From the NCBI GenBank assembly GCA_017525035.1, contig JAFXTH010000014.1, forward strand, positions 7,650-71,649: 64,000 nucleotides of DNA, written 5' to 3'. Origin of the DNA: Bacilli bacterium. GTDB taxonomy: Bacteria > Bacillota_I > Bacilli_A > RF39 > UBA660. The position numbers and the translations under genes are program-made. This document shows positions 36,015 through 45,699 of the stretch, piece after piece; the stretch's first letter is position 1; every line of letters starts with the position of its first letter. The notes beneath the pieces were generated by a model, which saw only the letters and a list, made by a program, of their open reading frames with translations, was not told the DNA's origin and ran no database searches.

Positions 36015-36614
36015 ATGGAGAAGTTCTATTTTGAAGTTCCAACTTTAGAAAGAGAAAGAGATGCTAAAGAATATGTTGAAGAACACTTTAAATATAAATC
36101 CGAAATTGTTGGAGCAGGTGGGCTTAATAGAAAATATCAAGAATATACTTCGTGGCTTGAGTTTTTAGAAGATTGTAAAAATAGAAAGAAAAGTAATTAT
36201 GCTGTTCCAAATAGAACTTATTTCCTAGTAAGAGAAGGTGATAATAAGATCATTGGAATGTCTAATATAAGACTTGAATTAAATCAAAGTCTTGAGTATC
36301 TTGGAGGTCATATTGGATATGGTATAAGACCAACTGAGAGAAGAAAGGGATACAATAAAATTAATTTATATTTAGGACTTAAAGTATGTCAAAAGTATGG
36401 CATTAAAGAAGCGTTTTTGTTTAGTGAATCTGCTAATATTGCATCATGGAAAACAATGGAGAATCTTGGTGGAAAATTTATAAAAGAATTCTTTGATGAT
36501 AAGATTGTGAAAGTAAATGTTAAAGTATATTCATTTGATGTAGATAAATGTTTAGAAGATTATAAAGATCTATATGAAGAGTATTTAGATGATGATTATA
36601 TAAGAGGTGAATAA
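36015..36614 (+). CDS. GNAT-family acetyltransferase
   Basis: GYGIRPTERRKGY motif-A-like segment; size is typical of the family. Confidence 0.55.
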   Translation: MEKFYFEVPTLERERDAKEYVEEHFKYKSEIVGAGGLNRKYQEYTSWLEFLEDCKNRKKSNYAVPNRTYFLVREGDNKIIGMSNIRLELNQSLEYLGGHIGYGIRPTERRKGYNKINLYLGLKVCQKYGIKEAFLFSESANIASWKTMENLGGKFIKEFFDDKIVKVNVKVYSFDVDKCLEDYKDLYEEYLDDDYIRGE

Positions 36615-37144
36615 TGAAAAAATTAATTTTTATATTTTTATTTTTAGTGTTTTTAGTTGGATGTTCTAACAAAAGTATCGTAGGTACATGGTATTATGCA
36701 GTAGAAGATGAAGTTATATCAATTACTTTTAATTCTGATAATACTTGTGTAATTAGTGATTCTGATGGTAATTACGAGTGTACATATGATGATAAGACAA
36801 TTACAACAAAAACATCTGATTATGAATCAATAGTTAATTATGAAGTGTATGACGATTACATTGAAATTAAAGCAGAAATAATTGATGTGAGATTTTATAA
36901 AAGCGAAGAAGAAGCAAAAAAGTATGATGAAGAAAATCGAGTAACAGTTCCTGATGTTACTAACATGTCCCTTGAAGAAGCAGAAAGAGTATTAATAAAA
37001 TCTAGGCTAACTGTTGGGTTACCTATTCCTAAGGCAAGCGATGAAATAGAAAAAGGCCATGTTATTTATACATCGCCAGAAAAAGGAAAAAAAGTTAGTA
37101 GACTTACTGAGGTAATGATATATTACTCTAGTGGATCTGATTAA
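36614..37144 (+). CDS. lipoprotein with C-terminal PASTA domain
   Basis: Lipobox LVGC at the end of the signal peptide. VTVPDVTNMSLEEAERVLIKSRLTVG...GHVIYTSPEKGKKV is PASTA-like. Confidence 0.55.
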   Translation: MKKLIFIFLFLVFLVGCSNKSIVGTWYYAVEDEVISITFNSDNTCVISDSDGNYECTYDDKTITTKTSDYESIVNYEVYDDYIEIKAEIIDVRFYKSEEEAKKYDEENRVTVPDVTNMSLEEAERVLIKSRLTVGLPIPKASDEIEKGHVIYTSPEKGKKVSRLTEVMIYYSSGSD

Positions 37145-37247
37145 TATAAGTGTTAAGTATAAGAAAATAGTATTAAAAAATATTAATTAATATGTTATTA
37201 TGGTAGTGAAGATAGTACTGATATAAAGAATTAAGAAAGAGGTATTT

Positions 37248-38372
37248 ATGGTTTATTTGGATTATGCTGCTAATACTCCTGTTGATAAAGAAGTATTAGA
37301 AAAATTTAATGATGTATTAATAAATAGTTATGGAAATCCTAACTCAACACATCAAATGGGTAAGGAAGCTAAAGAGTTAGTTGATAATGCTACAGCTAAA
37401 ATAGCACTTCTTTTAGGTTGCGAGCCTGAAGAAATAATTTATACTAGTGGGGCAACTGAATCAAATAATTTAGCTATTCGTGGTATATGTGAAAGGTATA
37501 AAGATAGAGGAAGACATATTTTACTTAGTACACTTGAACATTCTTCTTTAATGGCTTCAGCTAATTTATTACAAGAAGAAGGTTTTGAAGTAGAAGTAAT
37601 TCCAGTACTTGAAAATGGTTTAGTAAATGTAGAAGAGTTAAAGAACATGATAAGACCTGAAACAATATTTGTTAGTGTTGTATCAGTTGATAGTGAGTTA
37701 GGTCTTGTTCAACCAATTGAAGAAATAGCAGCACTTTTAAAAAGATATCCTAATACAGTATTCCATACAGATGCATCACAAGCAATCGGCAAAGTTAAAA
37801 TAGACTATAGTAACGTAGATTTAATAACAGTATCTCCACATAAATTTTATGGAATAAATGATATTGGTATATTAGTAAAAAGAAAAGAATTAGGATTAAA
37901 ACCACTTATATTAGGTGGTAGAAGTACAACAGTATTTAGAAGCGGTACTCCTAATACAGCATCAATAGTAGCATCAAGTGTTGCACTTGAAAAAGCAATA
38001 GGTAACTTAGATGATAGATATGAATATGTCAAAAAATTAAATGAAGATGTAGTTGCATTCTTAGAAAATCATAGACAAGTTCATATTAATAATAATGATA
38101 AATCAGTTCCTTATACAATTAACTTTAGTGTAAAAGGAGTAAGTTCTCATAGGGTAGTAGATCTTCTTAATAGTAAAGGAGTTTACGTATCCAGTAAAAC
38201 TTCATGTTGCCCTTTAGAAGCTCCATCTAAGTTAGTATATGCTGCAACTAAAGACAATAGTTTGGCTGCTAGTTCAATAAGACTTAGCTTGTCTTACTTA
38301 ACTACAGAAGATGAAATATTAGAATTTAAAAGAATATTTGATGAAACATTAGATGATATAATGGGAGTTTAA
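37248..38372 (+). CDS. cysteine desulfurase (class V aminotransferase, NifS/IscS family)
   Basis: YLDYAANTP, GATESNN, PLP-lysine motif SPHKFYG and active-site loop SSKTSCC. Confidence 0.85.
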   Translation: MVYLDYAANTPVDKEVLEKFNDVLINSYGNPNSTHQMGKEAKELVDNATAKIALLLGCEPEEIIYTSGATESNNLAIRGICERYKDRGRHILLSTLEHSSLMASANLLQEEGFEVEVIPVLENGLVNVEELKNMIRPETIFVSVVSVDSELGLVQPIEEIAALLKRYPNTVFHTDASQAIGKVKIDYSNVDLITVSPHKFYGINDIGILVKRKELGLKPLILGGRSTTVFRSGTPNTASIVASSVALEKAIGNLDDRYEYVKKLNEDVVAFLENHRQVHINNNDKSVPYTINFSVKGVSSHRVVDLLNSKGVYVSSKTSCCPLEAPSKLVYAATKDNSLAASSIRLSLSYLTTEDEILEFKRIFDETLDDIMGV

Positions 38373-38373
38373 A

Positions 38374-39066
38374 ATGACAAGCGAATTACTATTAACAATA
38401 ATATTCTCGCTATTCTTTATAATTGGGGGATTAATAGTTATACGTGATGCAGGAGGAAGAGGAGCAGGTATCTTCTTTCTTTGCTTTGGTGTAATAATAT
38501 TAATTGGTGGAGCAATTTATAGTAAGATAGGTAATTATAACTTTTATAAGATATTTAAAGAATATGATGTAGAATACATTGGGGATGGACTTTATAGAAA
38601 AGGATCATTTGAATTCTATTTTGAAAGCGTTGGGGATTCACAGGTATATACTATAAAAGATTCTGATGATTATAACTTTAATCTACATTATGACATTATT
38701 AACTATTTAAGAAAGATGGACAAAGATACTTTAGAAAGCATATATAGTTACTTAAAGAGTAGTTCCAAAGAAAATGATGGACCAATTACTTTAACAATTA
38801 TTGAAAGAAATAAGAAAACTGAATTAACTTATGATATAATAAACCATGAATTTCGTCATAAAGTAGTTAAAATTTTTGAAGGAGATAGCGAAGATCCTAA
38901 TCCGGATTATAATCATTTATATAAAGATTATGAATTACATTTAAAAGAATATAATGAAGGTGATGAATCATTTGCTAAGAAATTACTTAAAGAACTATTT
39001 GATATTGATCCTTCTGAGTTTAAAAAGAGCACTATTTATAATGGAATAACAAAATACAAGTGGTGA
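38374..39066 (+). CDS. membrane-anchored hypothetical protein
   Basis: Two N-terminal TM helices. Start is 2 nt after the upstream stop. Confidence 0.5.
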   Translation: MTSELLLTIIFSLFFIIGGLIVIRDAGGRGAGIFFLCFGVIILIGGAIYSKIGNYNFYKIFKEYDVEYIGDGLYRKGSFEFYFESVGDSQVYTIKDSDDYNFNLHYDIINYLRKMDKDTLESIYSYLKSSSKENDGPITLTIIERNKKTELTYDIINHEFRHKVVKIFEGDSEDPNPDYNHLYKDYELHLKEYNEGDESFAKKLLKELFDIDPSEFKKSTIYNGITKYKW

Positions 39067-39070
39067 TAGT

Positions 39071-39901
39071 ATGGAAAGATATAAAGAAATAGAACAAAGT
39101 ATAATAAAAAAATATCGTAAAGATATTTGGAGTAAATTTGTTCGTGCTGTTCAAGATTATGAATTAATTAAAGAAAACGATAATATAATGGTATGTATTT
39201 CAGGAGGAAAGGATTCTTTCCTTCTTGCTAAATGCATTCAAGAAATACAAAGACACGGTAAGCTTCATTTTACCGCCCATTATGTTGTTATGAATCCTGG
39301 ATACACAGATAAGAATAAAGAATATGTTATTAAAAATGCAGAAACTTTGAATATACCTATAGAAGTATTCGATAGTGATATCTTTAATGTAGTATTAAAT
39401 ATGGATACTAAAAGTCCATGCTATATGTGTGCTAGAATGAGAAGAGGATACTTATATAGCAAAGCACAAGAGTTAGGCTGCAATAAAATAGCACTTGGTC
39501 ATCATTTTGATGACGTTATTGAGACAACACTTTTATCTATGTTGTATGGTTCTGAAATTAAGACAATGATGCCTAAGTTACATAGCGATAACTTTGAAGG
39601 ACTTGAATTAATTAGACCTTTATACTTAGTTAAAGAAGAATCAATTATATCTTGGGCAAAACATAATGACTTAGTTTTCTTAAACTGTGCTTGTAAGATT
39701 ACTGAGGGTGAGACTAGCATAGTTAAAGATAGTAAAAGACTTGAAATAAAGAAACTAATAAGTGATTTAAGGAAAATAAATAAAAATGTTGATTACAACA
39801 TTTTCAAAGCTTTAGACAATGTTAACTTAAATTGCATATTGGGTACTAAGAAAGATGGAGAGTACCATAGCTTTTTAGAAAAATATGATAAAAATGTTTG
39901 A
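39071..39901 (+). CDS. PP-loop ATPase, TtcA-family tRNA thiolation enzyme
   Basis: PP-loop CISGGKDS and SPCYMCARMRRGYLY. Lies in an operon with the cysteine desulfurase. Confidence 0.7.
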   Translation: MERYKEIEQSIIKKYRKDIWSKFVRAVQDYELIKENDNIMVCISGGKDSFLLAKCIQEIQRHGKLHFTAHYVVMNPGYTDKNKEYVIKNAETLNIPIEVFDSDIFNVVLNMDTKSPCYMCARMRRGYLYSKAQELGCNKIALGHHFDDVIETTLLSMLYGSEIKTMMPKLHSDNFEGLELIRPLYLVKEESIISWAKHNDLVFLNCACKITEGETSIVKDSKRLEIKKLISDLRKINKNVDYNIFKALDNVNLNCILGTKKDGEYHSFLEKYDKNV

Positions 39902-39958
39902 TTTATTCAAATTTGTAAGTTATTATATTAAGTAGACATTTTTATTGGGGGAATAAAT

Positions 39959-40375
39959 ATGAAAATTATGGGTAAAACAACAAGTAAGAAGCCATATGTT
40001 GGAGCAATAAGTAGCAGTGCCTTTTATGTAGGTGAATCTAAGACTTATGGATTAGAAAAAGTTGATTTAATAGTTGCTTATGCATTAGAAAATGGTATTG
40101 ATTTAGTAACTGCTTCTCGTGAGTTTGGAATGACTGATGAGAAAATAGATTTACTAAAACTTGTTTACGCAAGAGAACTATATAAAGATGGTTTAATTAA
40201 ACAAGGTAATGTTTATCTAAATAGTGTTGAAGAGTCTCCTAAAAAGACTGAATTAGTAAATGAAGTACTAAGCGAAGTTAGAAGAAGAAGACAATTCTAT
40301 CAACATAGACCTGTTGAAAAACCAGAAGTAAAAGTTCTTGTAAGACCAGGAAAAAGACGTATAGTTGAAAAATAA
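39959..40375 (+). CDS. hypothetical protein
   Basis: 138-aa ORF with GGGGGA RBS. No recognised motif. Confidence 0.5.
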   Translation: MKIMGKTTSKKPYVGAISSSAFYVGESKTYGLEKVDLIVAYALENGIDLVTASREFGMTDEKIDLLKLVYARELYKDGLIKQGNVYLNSVEESPKKTELVNEVLSEVRRRRQFYQHRPVEKPEVKVLVRPGKRRIVEK

Positions 40376-40397
40376 TAAAAAATAGTATATAATGAAT

Positions 40398-40532
40398 ATA
40401 GATTATCAAGAACGAGGGAGAGAATTAGCTCTATGATCTCGTACCAACCTGCATAAGCAAGGTGGTAAAGCTAATAACGATAATAATATATTGTTTATAG
40501 TAACTCCTTGATAATCTAGAAGGAGTTTTTTT
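40398..40532 (+). promoter_or_regulatory. SAM-I (S-box) riboswitch with terminator/sequestrator hairpin
   Basis: TTATCAAGA..GAGGGAGAGAATTAGCTCTATGA..CCAACC...GGTGGTAAAGCTAA..GATAA fits the S-box core. P1 is TTATC/GATAA. Terminator is AACTCCTT...AAGGAGTT plus T7 (40502-40532). Its 5' arm CTTGATAA can pair with the P1 5' strand as an antiterminator. Confidence 0.7.
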
Positions 40533-41612
40533 ATGAGAAAATTATTTACTAGTGAAGCAGTAACAGAAGGACATCCAGATAAGGTTTGTGACAAAATTGC
40601 AGATAAGATACTTGATGAAGCATTGAAGGTTGATAAAGATAGTCATATGGCTGTTGAAGCAACAATCAAAGATGATTTAGTATTAATCTATGGAGAATGT
40701 AATACTAAAGCAAAACTTAACTATGAGAAGATAGCTAAGTGGGTACTTAAAGATATTGGTTATAAAGAAAAATATAATGTCGTAGTTAAAGTATCTAATC
40801 AATCAAAAGAAATAGCAGATAAAGTTAATCAAGAAGAAGTTAAAGCAGGAGATCAAGGAATCATGTTTGGATATGCTTGCCGTGATACTGAAGAATTAAT
40901 GCCACTTCCTATTATGCTTGCAAATAAGATTTGTAAAAAATTAGCAGATTACAGAAAAAGTGGAAAAGATTATTTACTACCTGATGGTAAAAGCCAAGTA
41001 ACAGTAGAATATGTTGATAATAAACCAAAAAGGGTAGTAAGCGTTGTTGTTGCAACACAACATAAAAAGAATGTTAATCTTGATGATTTAAGAGTAGATA
41101 TTATTAAAAATGTTATTTTAAAAGTTATACCTAAGAAGTATATTGATAAGAATACTGAATTCTTAGTTAATGCTAGTGGTTCTTTTGTAGTAGGTGGTTC
41201 ATTTGGTGATTCTGGTACTACAGGAAGAAAAATAGTTGTTGACTCTTATGGTGGAGCAAGCCCTGTTGGGGGTGGATGCTTTAGTAGTAAAGATCCATCT
41301 AAAGTAGATAGAAGTGCAGCATATTATTCTAGATATGTAGCAAAGAATGTAGTAGCACATAAATACGCTGATATATGCCAAATAGAAGTAGCATACGTAA
41401 TTGGTTATAGTAAGCCAATATCAGTGTATATCGAGACATTTGGTACTAATAAAAAGCCAATGGAGGACATATATAAATATGTTAATGAAAACTTTGATTT
41501 TAGAGTGCAGAATATCATCGATGAACTTGATTTAAGAAAGCCAATATATTATGATTTAGCTTCCTATGGACACTTTGGTAGAAATACTACATGGGAGAAA
41601 ATATCTAAGTAA
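40533..41612 (+). CDS. metK: S-adenosylmethionine synthetase
   Basis: GHPDKVCD, GDQGIMFGYA and GGGCFSSKDPSKVDRSAAY. Confidence 0.9.
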   Translation: MRKLFTSEAVTEGHPDKVCDKIADKILDEALKVDKDSHMAVEATIKDDLVLIYGECNTKAKLNYEKIAKWVLKDIGYKEKYNVVVKVSNQSKEIADKVNQEEVKAGDQGIMFGYACRDTEELMPLPIMLANKICKKLADYRKSGKDYLLPDGKSQVTVEYVDNKPKRVVSVVVATQHKKNVNLDDLRVDIIKNVILKVIPKKYIDKNTEFLVNASGSFVVGGSFGDSGTTGRKIVVDSYGGASPVGGGCFSSKDPSKVDRSAAYYSRYVAKNVVAHKYADICQIEVAYVIGYSKPISVYIETFGTNKKPMEDIYKYVNENFDFRVQNIIDELDLRKPIYYDLASYGHFGRNTTWEKISK

Positions 41613-41623
41613 CTTTGATATTT

Positions 41624-41659
41624 AAAAAAAGACAACTAGACATTTAGTTGTTTTTTTTA
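41624..41659 (+). terminator. rho-independent terminator
   Basis: ACAACTA-gacatt-TAGTTGT flanked by A/T runs. Confidence 0.7.
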
Positions 41660-41720
41660 TGTGAGTTTATTTGCGTTTTTATCTTCATTAATATACAATT
41701 ATAATGAGAGGATATTAAAT

Positions 41721-42563
41721 ATGAATAATAACTATGAAGTAGAAAGTTTATATTTAGATACTGATGTTTTAGAGGTCTATAAAGAAGGCCTTTTTAAGGG
41801 TGTACAAGATCTTGATAATAATAGTGATGAAACCACTTCAAGTTTTGGTAAACTAGGTCAAAATAATATTTATAAAAACGGATTAAATAGAATACAAAAA
41901 GGATTATCTGAAACAAGAGAAACTTTATATAATTGTTTAAAAGTAAATGAAGAATATGTTGAAAGATTTATAAATTTAGAAAACAAAGGAAAAGCTATTG
42001 TACAAAATATAGATATTCCTTCTGAGTTTGCAGTGTCTAGTTCAACTAGAAATACTACTTATGGTGATACATCTATATCTAAAAAAGATGGTACTAGCAT
42101 TAATAAAGGTGTACTTGGATTAAGTAGTGTTAGTGAAGATGAATACGATAAAGAAAAAGAAGAATTAAAAGATATTCTTAAGGAAGAAAAAGAAGAATTA
42201 AAAGAAACTGAAAAATCTACTATCTTAAAAGAAGAACTTAAAGATGATTTAAAAGATATTGAAAATAGTGTAGATAATACTAGAAAAACTAAAGTTGAAA
42301 AAGTACAAGTAGATGATATTAATAATGCTACTAACAAAGATACTTTAGAAGAAAAGAAGAAAGTTAATATTGAAGAAGGCATTATAGCAAATCTTAAAAA
42401 AGATAAAGAAGATAATGCTGTAGTAGAAAATATTGAAATAGAAAATGAACAACCAGTTTTAAGAAAAATAGAAGATACTGAATTACCAACTAATCCTCAA
42501 GATGATGATAACGAAGTAGAAAATACTGAAGAAATAAAGGAGGATGAAGATAATGATAATTAA
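41721..42563 (+). CDS. acidic hypothetical protein, first gene of a T7SS-substrate-like operon
   Basis: ATG 41721 sits behind GAGAGGA. Helical N-terminal ~110 aa, then a Lys/Glu/Asp-rich low-complexity tail. Overlaps the next gene. Confidence 0.45.
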   Translation: MNNNYEVESLYLDTDVLEVYKEGLFKGVQDLDNNSDETTSSFGKLGQNNIYKNGLNRIQKGLSETRETLYNCLKVNEEYVERFINLENKGKAIVQNIDIPSEFAVSSSTRNTTYGDTSISKKDGTSINKGVLGLSSVSEDEYDKEKEELKDILKEEKEELKETEKSTILKEELKDDLKDIENSVDNTRKTKVEKVQVDDINNATNKDTLEEKKKVNIEEGIIANLKKDKEDNAVVENIEIENEQPVLRKIEDTELPTNPQDDDNEVENTEEIKEDEDNDN

Positions 42564-42861
42564 AGTAAGATTTAAAGATTTAGAAGAAGCAAAAAACTCC
42601 TTTAAAAGCAATTCAGATTTATTAAATGATGAAATAAATAAGATGATGGAACAATTACAAGTATTACAAGAAGTATGGAATGGTGGAGAAGCATCAAGTA
42701 ACTTTAATATTAAAGTTTCTAATTATTTAAATTACTTAAAGAAAATACCTAACATTTACAATAAAATGAGTAATGTTATGGAAACTATGAATAAGAATTA
42801 TCAAATTCTTGATTCTGATTATGCAGAATCTTTGAAAAAAGCGGTGATTGAACATGAGTAG
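42553..42861 (+). CDS. WXG100-family protein
   Basis: ~100 aa helical hairpin with central VWNGGEASSNF (W-x-G...A...F). AAGGAGG RBS. Confidence 0.65.
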   Translation: MIIKVRFKDLEEAKNSFKSNSDLLNDEINKMMEQLQVLQEVWNGGEASSNFNIKVSNYLNYLKKIPNIYNKMSNVMETMNKNYQILDSDYAESLKKAVIEHE

Positions 42862-43177
42862 TACAGTTATTAGTGATTATCAAAAATTTGAAAATGTTTA
42901 TGAAAACTTTGAAAATTCTTTAAGTAAAATAAATGATATATTTGAAAAACAAAATGCTATTATTGAATCAATAAATGAAACAGAAGTATGGACTAGTGAG
43001 ACACAAAAAGAGTTGTGTGCTAAGTATGATACTCTAAAAGGTAATTATGATACTATTGACACTAGTATTAATTCATTTATTAGTTTTATGAAGAAGACAT
43101 TAAATGATTATAAAGAATTAAATAATTCTAATATTTCTATTGCTGATTCAAAATCAAATGAGTTGGATGTTAGTTAG
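42854..43177 (+). CDS. WXG100-like small helical protein (partner)
   Basis: ~107 aa with central EVWTSETQKEL. Overlaps the upstream WXG gene by 8 nt. Confidence 0.45.
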   Translation: MSSTVISDYQKFENVYENFENSLSKINDIFEKQNAIIESINETEVWTSETQKELCAKYDTLKGNYDTIDTSINSFISFMKKTLNDYKELNNSNISIADSKSNELDVS

Positions 43178-43185
43178 GTGATATT

Positions 43186-45666
43186 ATGAGTGATCAAGAA
43201 TCAATAATTGGAGAAAATGGGGTAGATGATACTCCAAAAACATCATATCCATTTCAAGAGGTAATTCAAGGTAAGATAGAAGTATTAGAATCAAATGTTA
43301 ATAGCAATACAGCACAATATAATGTAGCGTTAGATGGGCTAAGTGAAGTAAATGCTAAATTAAATAGCGATAATATAGGGGCAGAAGAGAGAAATGCCTT
43401 AATGCAGCAAAAGACTGAATACACTAATACGATAAATAAGTATGAGGAAAGTAGAGATGTCTTAGCGGAAATGGAAAGAAAACTTTCTAGTGGAAAAGAG
43501 TTTACTAGAGAAGATGCAGCTAGAATAGAAAATGCTTCATCTACTTCTGTAGTAAAAGGTGCTCAAGAAGCTGCACCAACTAATCCATTTCAAGAGACAA
43601 TGCAAGGTAAAGTAGAAGTACTAAAAGCTAATGTTGAAAGTTCCGCAGCGCAATACCATGAAGCAGTAGGTAGAATGGGAGAAGTGGACGCCAAATTAAA
43701 TAGTGGTGATATAACTCCAAAAGAAAAAGATGCCTTAATGCAGCAAAAAATAGAATACACTAATACGATAAATAATTATGAAGCAAGTAGAGATGTCTTA
43801 GCGGAAATGGAAGGAAAACTTTCTAGCGGGAAAGAGTTTACTAGAGCAGATGCAGATAAGATCGAAGATGCTACAATGGCTCCAGCAATAAGGAGTACTA
43901 AAGAAACTTCAAATGCTGAATCTCAAACTAGATTTAATAAAGATGACTTTATTGTAGTGCATGATGAAGATGGAACAATTGTAATAGATAAACAAAAAAC
44001 AGATCCATTTCAACAAGCAATGCAAGGTAAAGTAGAAGTACTAAAAGCTAATGTTGAAAGTTCAATGTCACAATATGAAGAAGCTAAGCAAGGAATTGAA
44101 AATATAGATGCACAATTAGGTAATAGTGCTTTATCTCAAGATGAAAAAGATGCCTTAATGCAGCAAAAGATAGAGTACACTAATGCTATTAAAAATTATG
44201 AGTCAAGTAGAGATGTTTTAGCAGAAATGGAAGGAAAACTTTCTAGCGGGAAAGAGTTTACTAGAGCAGATGCAGATAAGATCGAAGATGCTACAATGGC
44301 TCCAGCAATAAGGAATACTAAAGAAACTTCAAATGCTGAATCTCAAACTAGATTTAATAAAGATGATTTTATTGTAGTGCATGATGAAGATGGAACAATT
44401 GTAATAGATAAACAAAAAACAGATCCATTTCAACAAGCAATGCAAGGAAGATTAGATGTATTGAAAGCTAACGTTGAAAGTTCAATGGCACAATATGAAG
44501 AAGCTAAGCAAGGAATTGAAAATATAGATGCACAATTAGGTAATAGTGCTTTATCTCAAGATGAAAAAGATGAATTATTATTACAAAAGATAAAATATGA
44601 AAATGCTGTTAAAAACTATGAGAATAATGCATCTATTTTATCAGAGATGGAGAACAAATTATTAAATGGAACAAAGTTTACAGACTCTGATTTAAATAAA
44701 ATTGAGGGTGCTACATCTACATCGGGTATATCTAGTTTAAAAGACTATACTGTTACTGATAATTCTGTATCCAACGATGTTACTTTAGGTAAGATAGAAG
44801 TATTGAAAGCAAACATTGAAGCTGGTACAGATGCTTACTATAGAGCAAAAAGTGAAATTGATGATATTAATTCTCGTCTTGGTAATCCAAAATTGACAGA
44901 AGAGGAAAGAGAAAATTTATTATTACAAAAAATACGTTATCAAAATACTATTGATAATTATGATCATAATATGCATATGCTAGAGTCTCTTGAGGAAAGA
45001 ATAGCAAAAGAAGGCTTAGAAGAGTCTTCTGAAGAAATTAATTTAATGATAAATGACTTTAGCCCTGTATCAACGTCAATCTTTAATGATTCTAACTTTG
45101 ATCTTAATTCTTATTTAGATGACTATTATGAATTGTTATTAGATTCAGGTTATGATAAGAAGAGTTATGAATTATTAAGCAGTATGAATTCTGCTATAAG
45201 CTTATTTGATAGTATATTTGATGGTAAAATGGGTTCTATGTTAGGTAGTGCATTTAATGCAAATAAACTTGTATATGAATATGTATTAGAAAGTGAAAAA
45301 GATATTTATACTTATGTAATGAACTCTTTGACTCCTGCAATGAGTGAAGTTCAAAAACTTGCAATTATTTTGGAAGGTAGAGCAGAATTACAAAAAAGGT
45401 TAGAAAAAGCAGAAACTGATCTTGCTAATCATTTAGTTTCTAAACCAGCACGTGTTTATGAAACATATACGGGAAATGATGGAAAAGAACACAAAAGAAA
45501 AACAGGAGCATTCAAAACTTGGGAAAATGATAGAACAAACATTGAAGAAGAAATAGATGAAATTAATAGACAATTAGAAGATATTAATGAAGAGGCAAGA
45601 ATAATTCTTCTTAAAATAGAAGAAAGTGACAGCCAGGTTATAGATTTTGGCACTTATGCATTTTAA
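43186..45666 (+). CDS. 826-aa tandem-repeat helical protein, putative T7SS substrate/effector
   Basis: Five PFQ..MQGK.EVLKANVE.. repeats followed by a unique ~215-aa C-terminal domain. Lies immediately downstream of two WXG-like genes. Confidence 0.55.
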   Translation: MSDQESIIGENGVDDTPKTSYPFQEVIQGKIEVLESNVNSNTAQYNVALDGLSEVNAKLNSDNIGAEERNALMQQKTEYTNTINKYEESRDVLAEMERKLSSGKEFTREDAARIENASSTSVVKGAQEAAPTNPFQETMQGKVEVLKANVESSAAQYHEAVGRMGEVDAKLNSGDITPKEKDALMQQKIEYTNTINNYEASRDVLAEMEGKLSSGKEFTRADADKIEDATMAPAIRSTKETSNAESQTRFNKDDFIVVHDEDGTIVIDKQKTDPFQQAMQGKVEVLKANVESSMSQYEEAKQGIENIDAQLGNSALSQDEKDALMQQKIEYTNAIKNYESSRDVLAEMEGKLSSGKEFTRADADKIEDATMAPAIRNTKETSNAESQTRFNKDDFIVVHDEDGTIVIDKQKTDPFQQAMQGRLDVLKANVESSMAQYEEAKQGIENIDAQLGNSALSQDEKDELLLQKIKYENAVKNYENNASILSEMENKLLNGTKFTDSDLNKIEGATSTSGISSLKDYTVTDNSVSNDVTLGKIEVLKANIEAGTDAYYRAKSEIDDINSRLGNPKLTEEERENLLLQKIRYQNTIDNYDHNMHMLESLEERIAKEGLEESSEEINLMINDFSPVSTSIFNDSNFDLNSYLDDYYELLLDSGYDKKSYELLSSMNSAISLFDSIFDGKMGSMLGSAFNANKLVYEYVLESEKDIYTYVMNSLTPAMSEVQKLAIILEGRAELQKRLEKAETDLANHLVSKPARVYETYTGNDGKEHKRKTGAFKTWENDRTNIEEEIDEINRQLEDINEEARIILLKIEESDSQVIDFGTYAF
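43249..45020 (+). repeat. five in-frame tandem coding repeats (336, 420, 420, 357 and ~240 nt)
   Basis: Units start at 43249, 43585, 44005, 44425 and 44782. Segments 43801-44027 and 44221-44447 differ at only 3 positions by eye. Confidence 0.9.
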
Positions 45667-45670
45667 TAAA

Positions 45671-45699
45671 AAAAATAGTGGATAAACCACTATTTTTTA
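45671..45699. terminator. bidirectional terminator between convergent genes
   Basis: AAAAAATAGTGG-ataaa-CCACTATTTTTT. Confidence 0.8.

Noticed and set aside
43249-45020. Tandem 420-nt repeats as a CRISPR array, satellite or mobile element
   Set aside because: The repeats are in frame within one long ORF and far longer than CRISPR repeats. They have no spacers and no cas genes nearby, so they are coding repeats.
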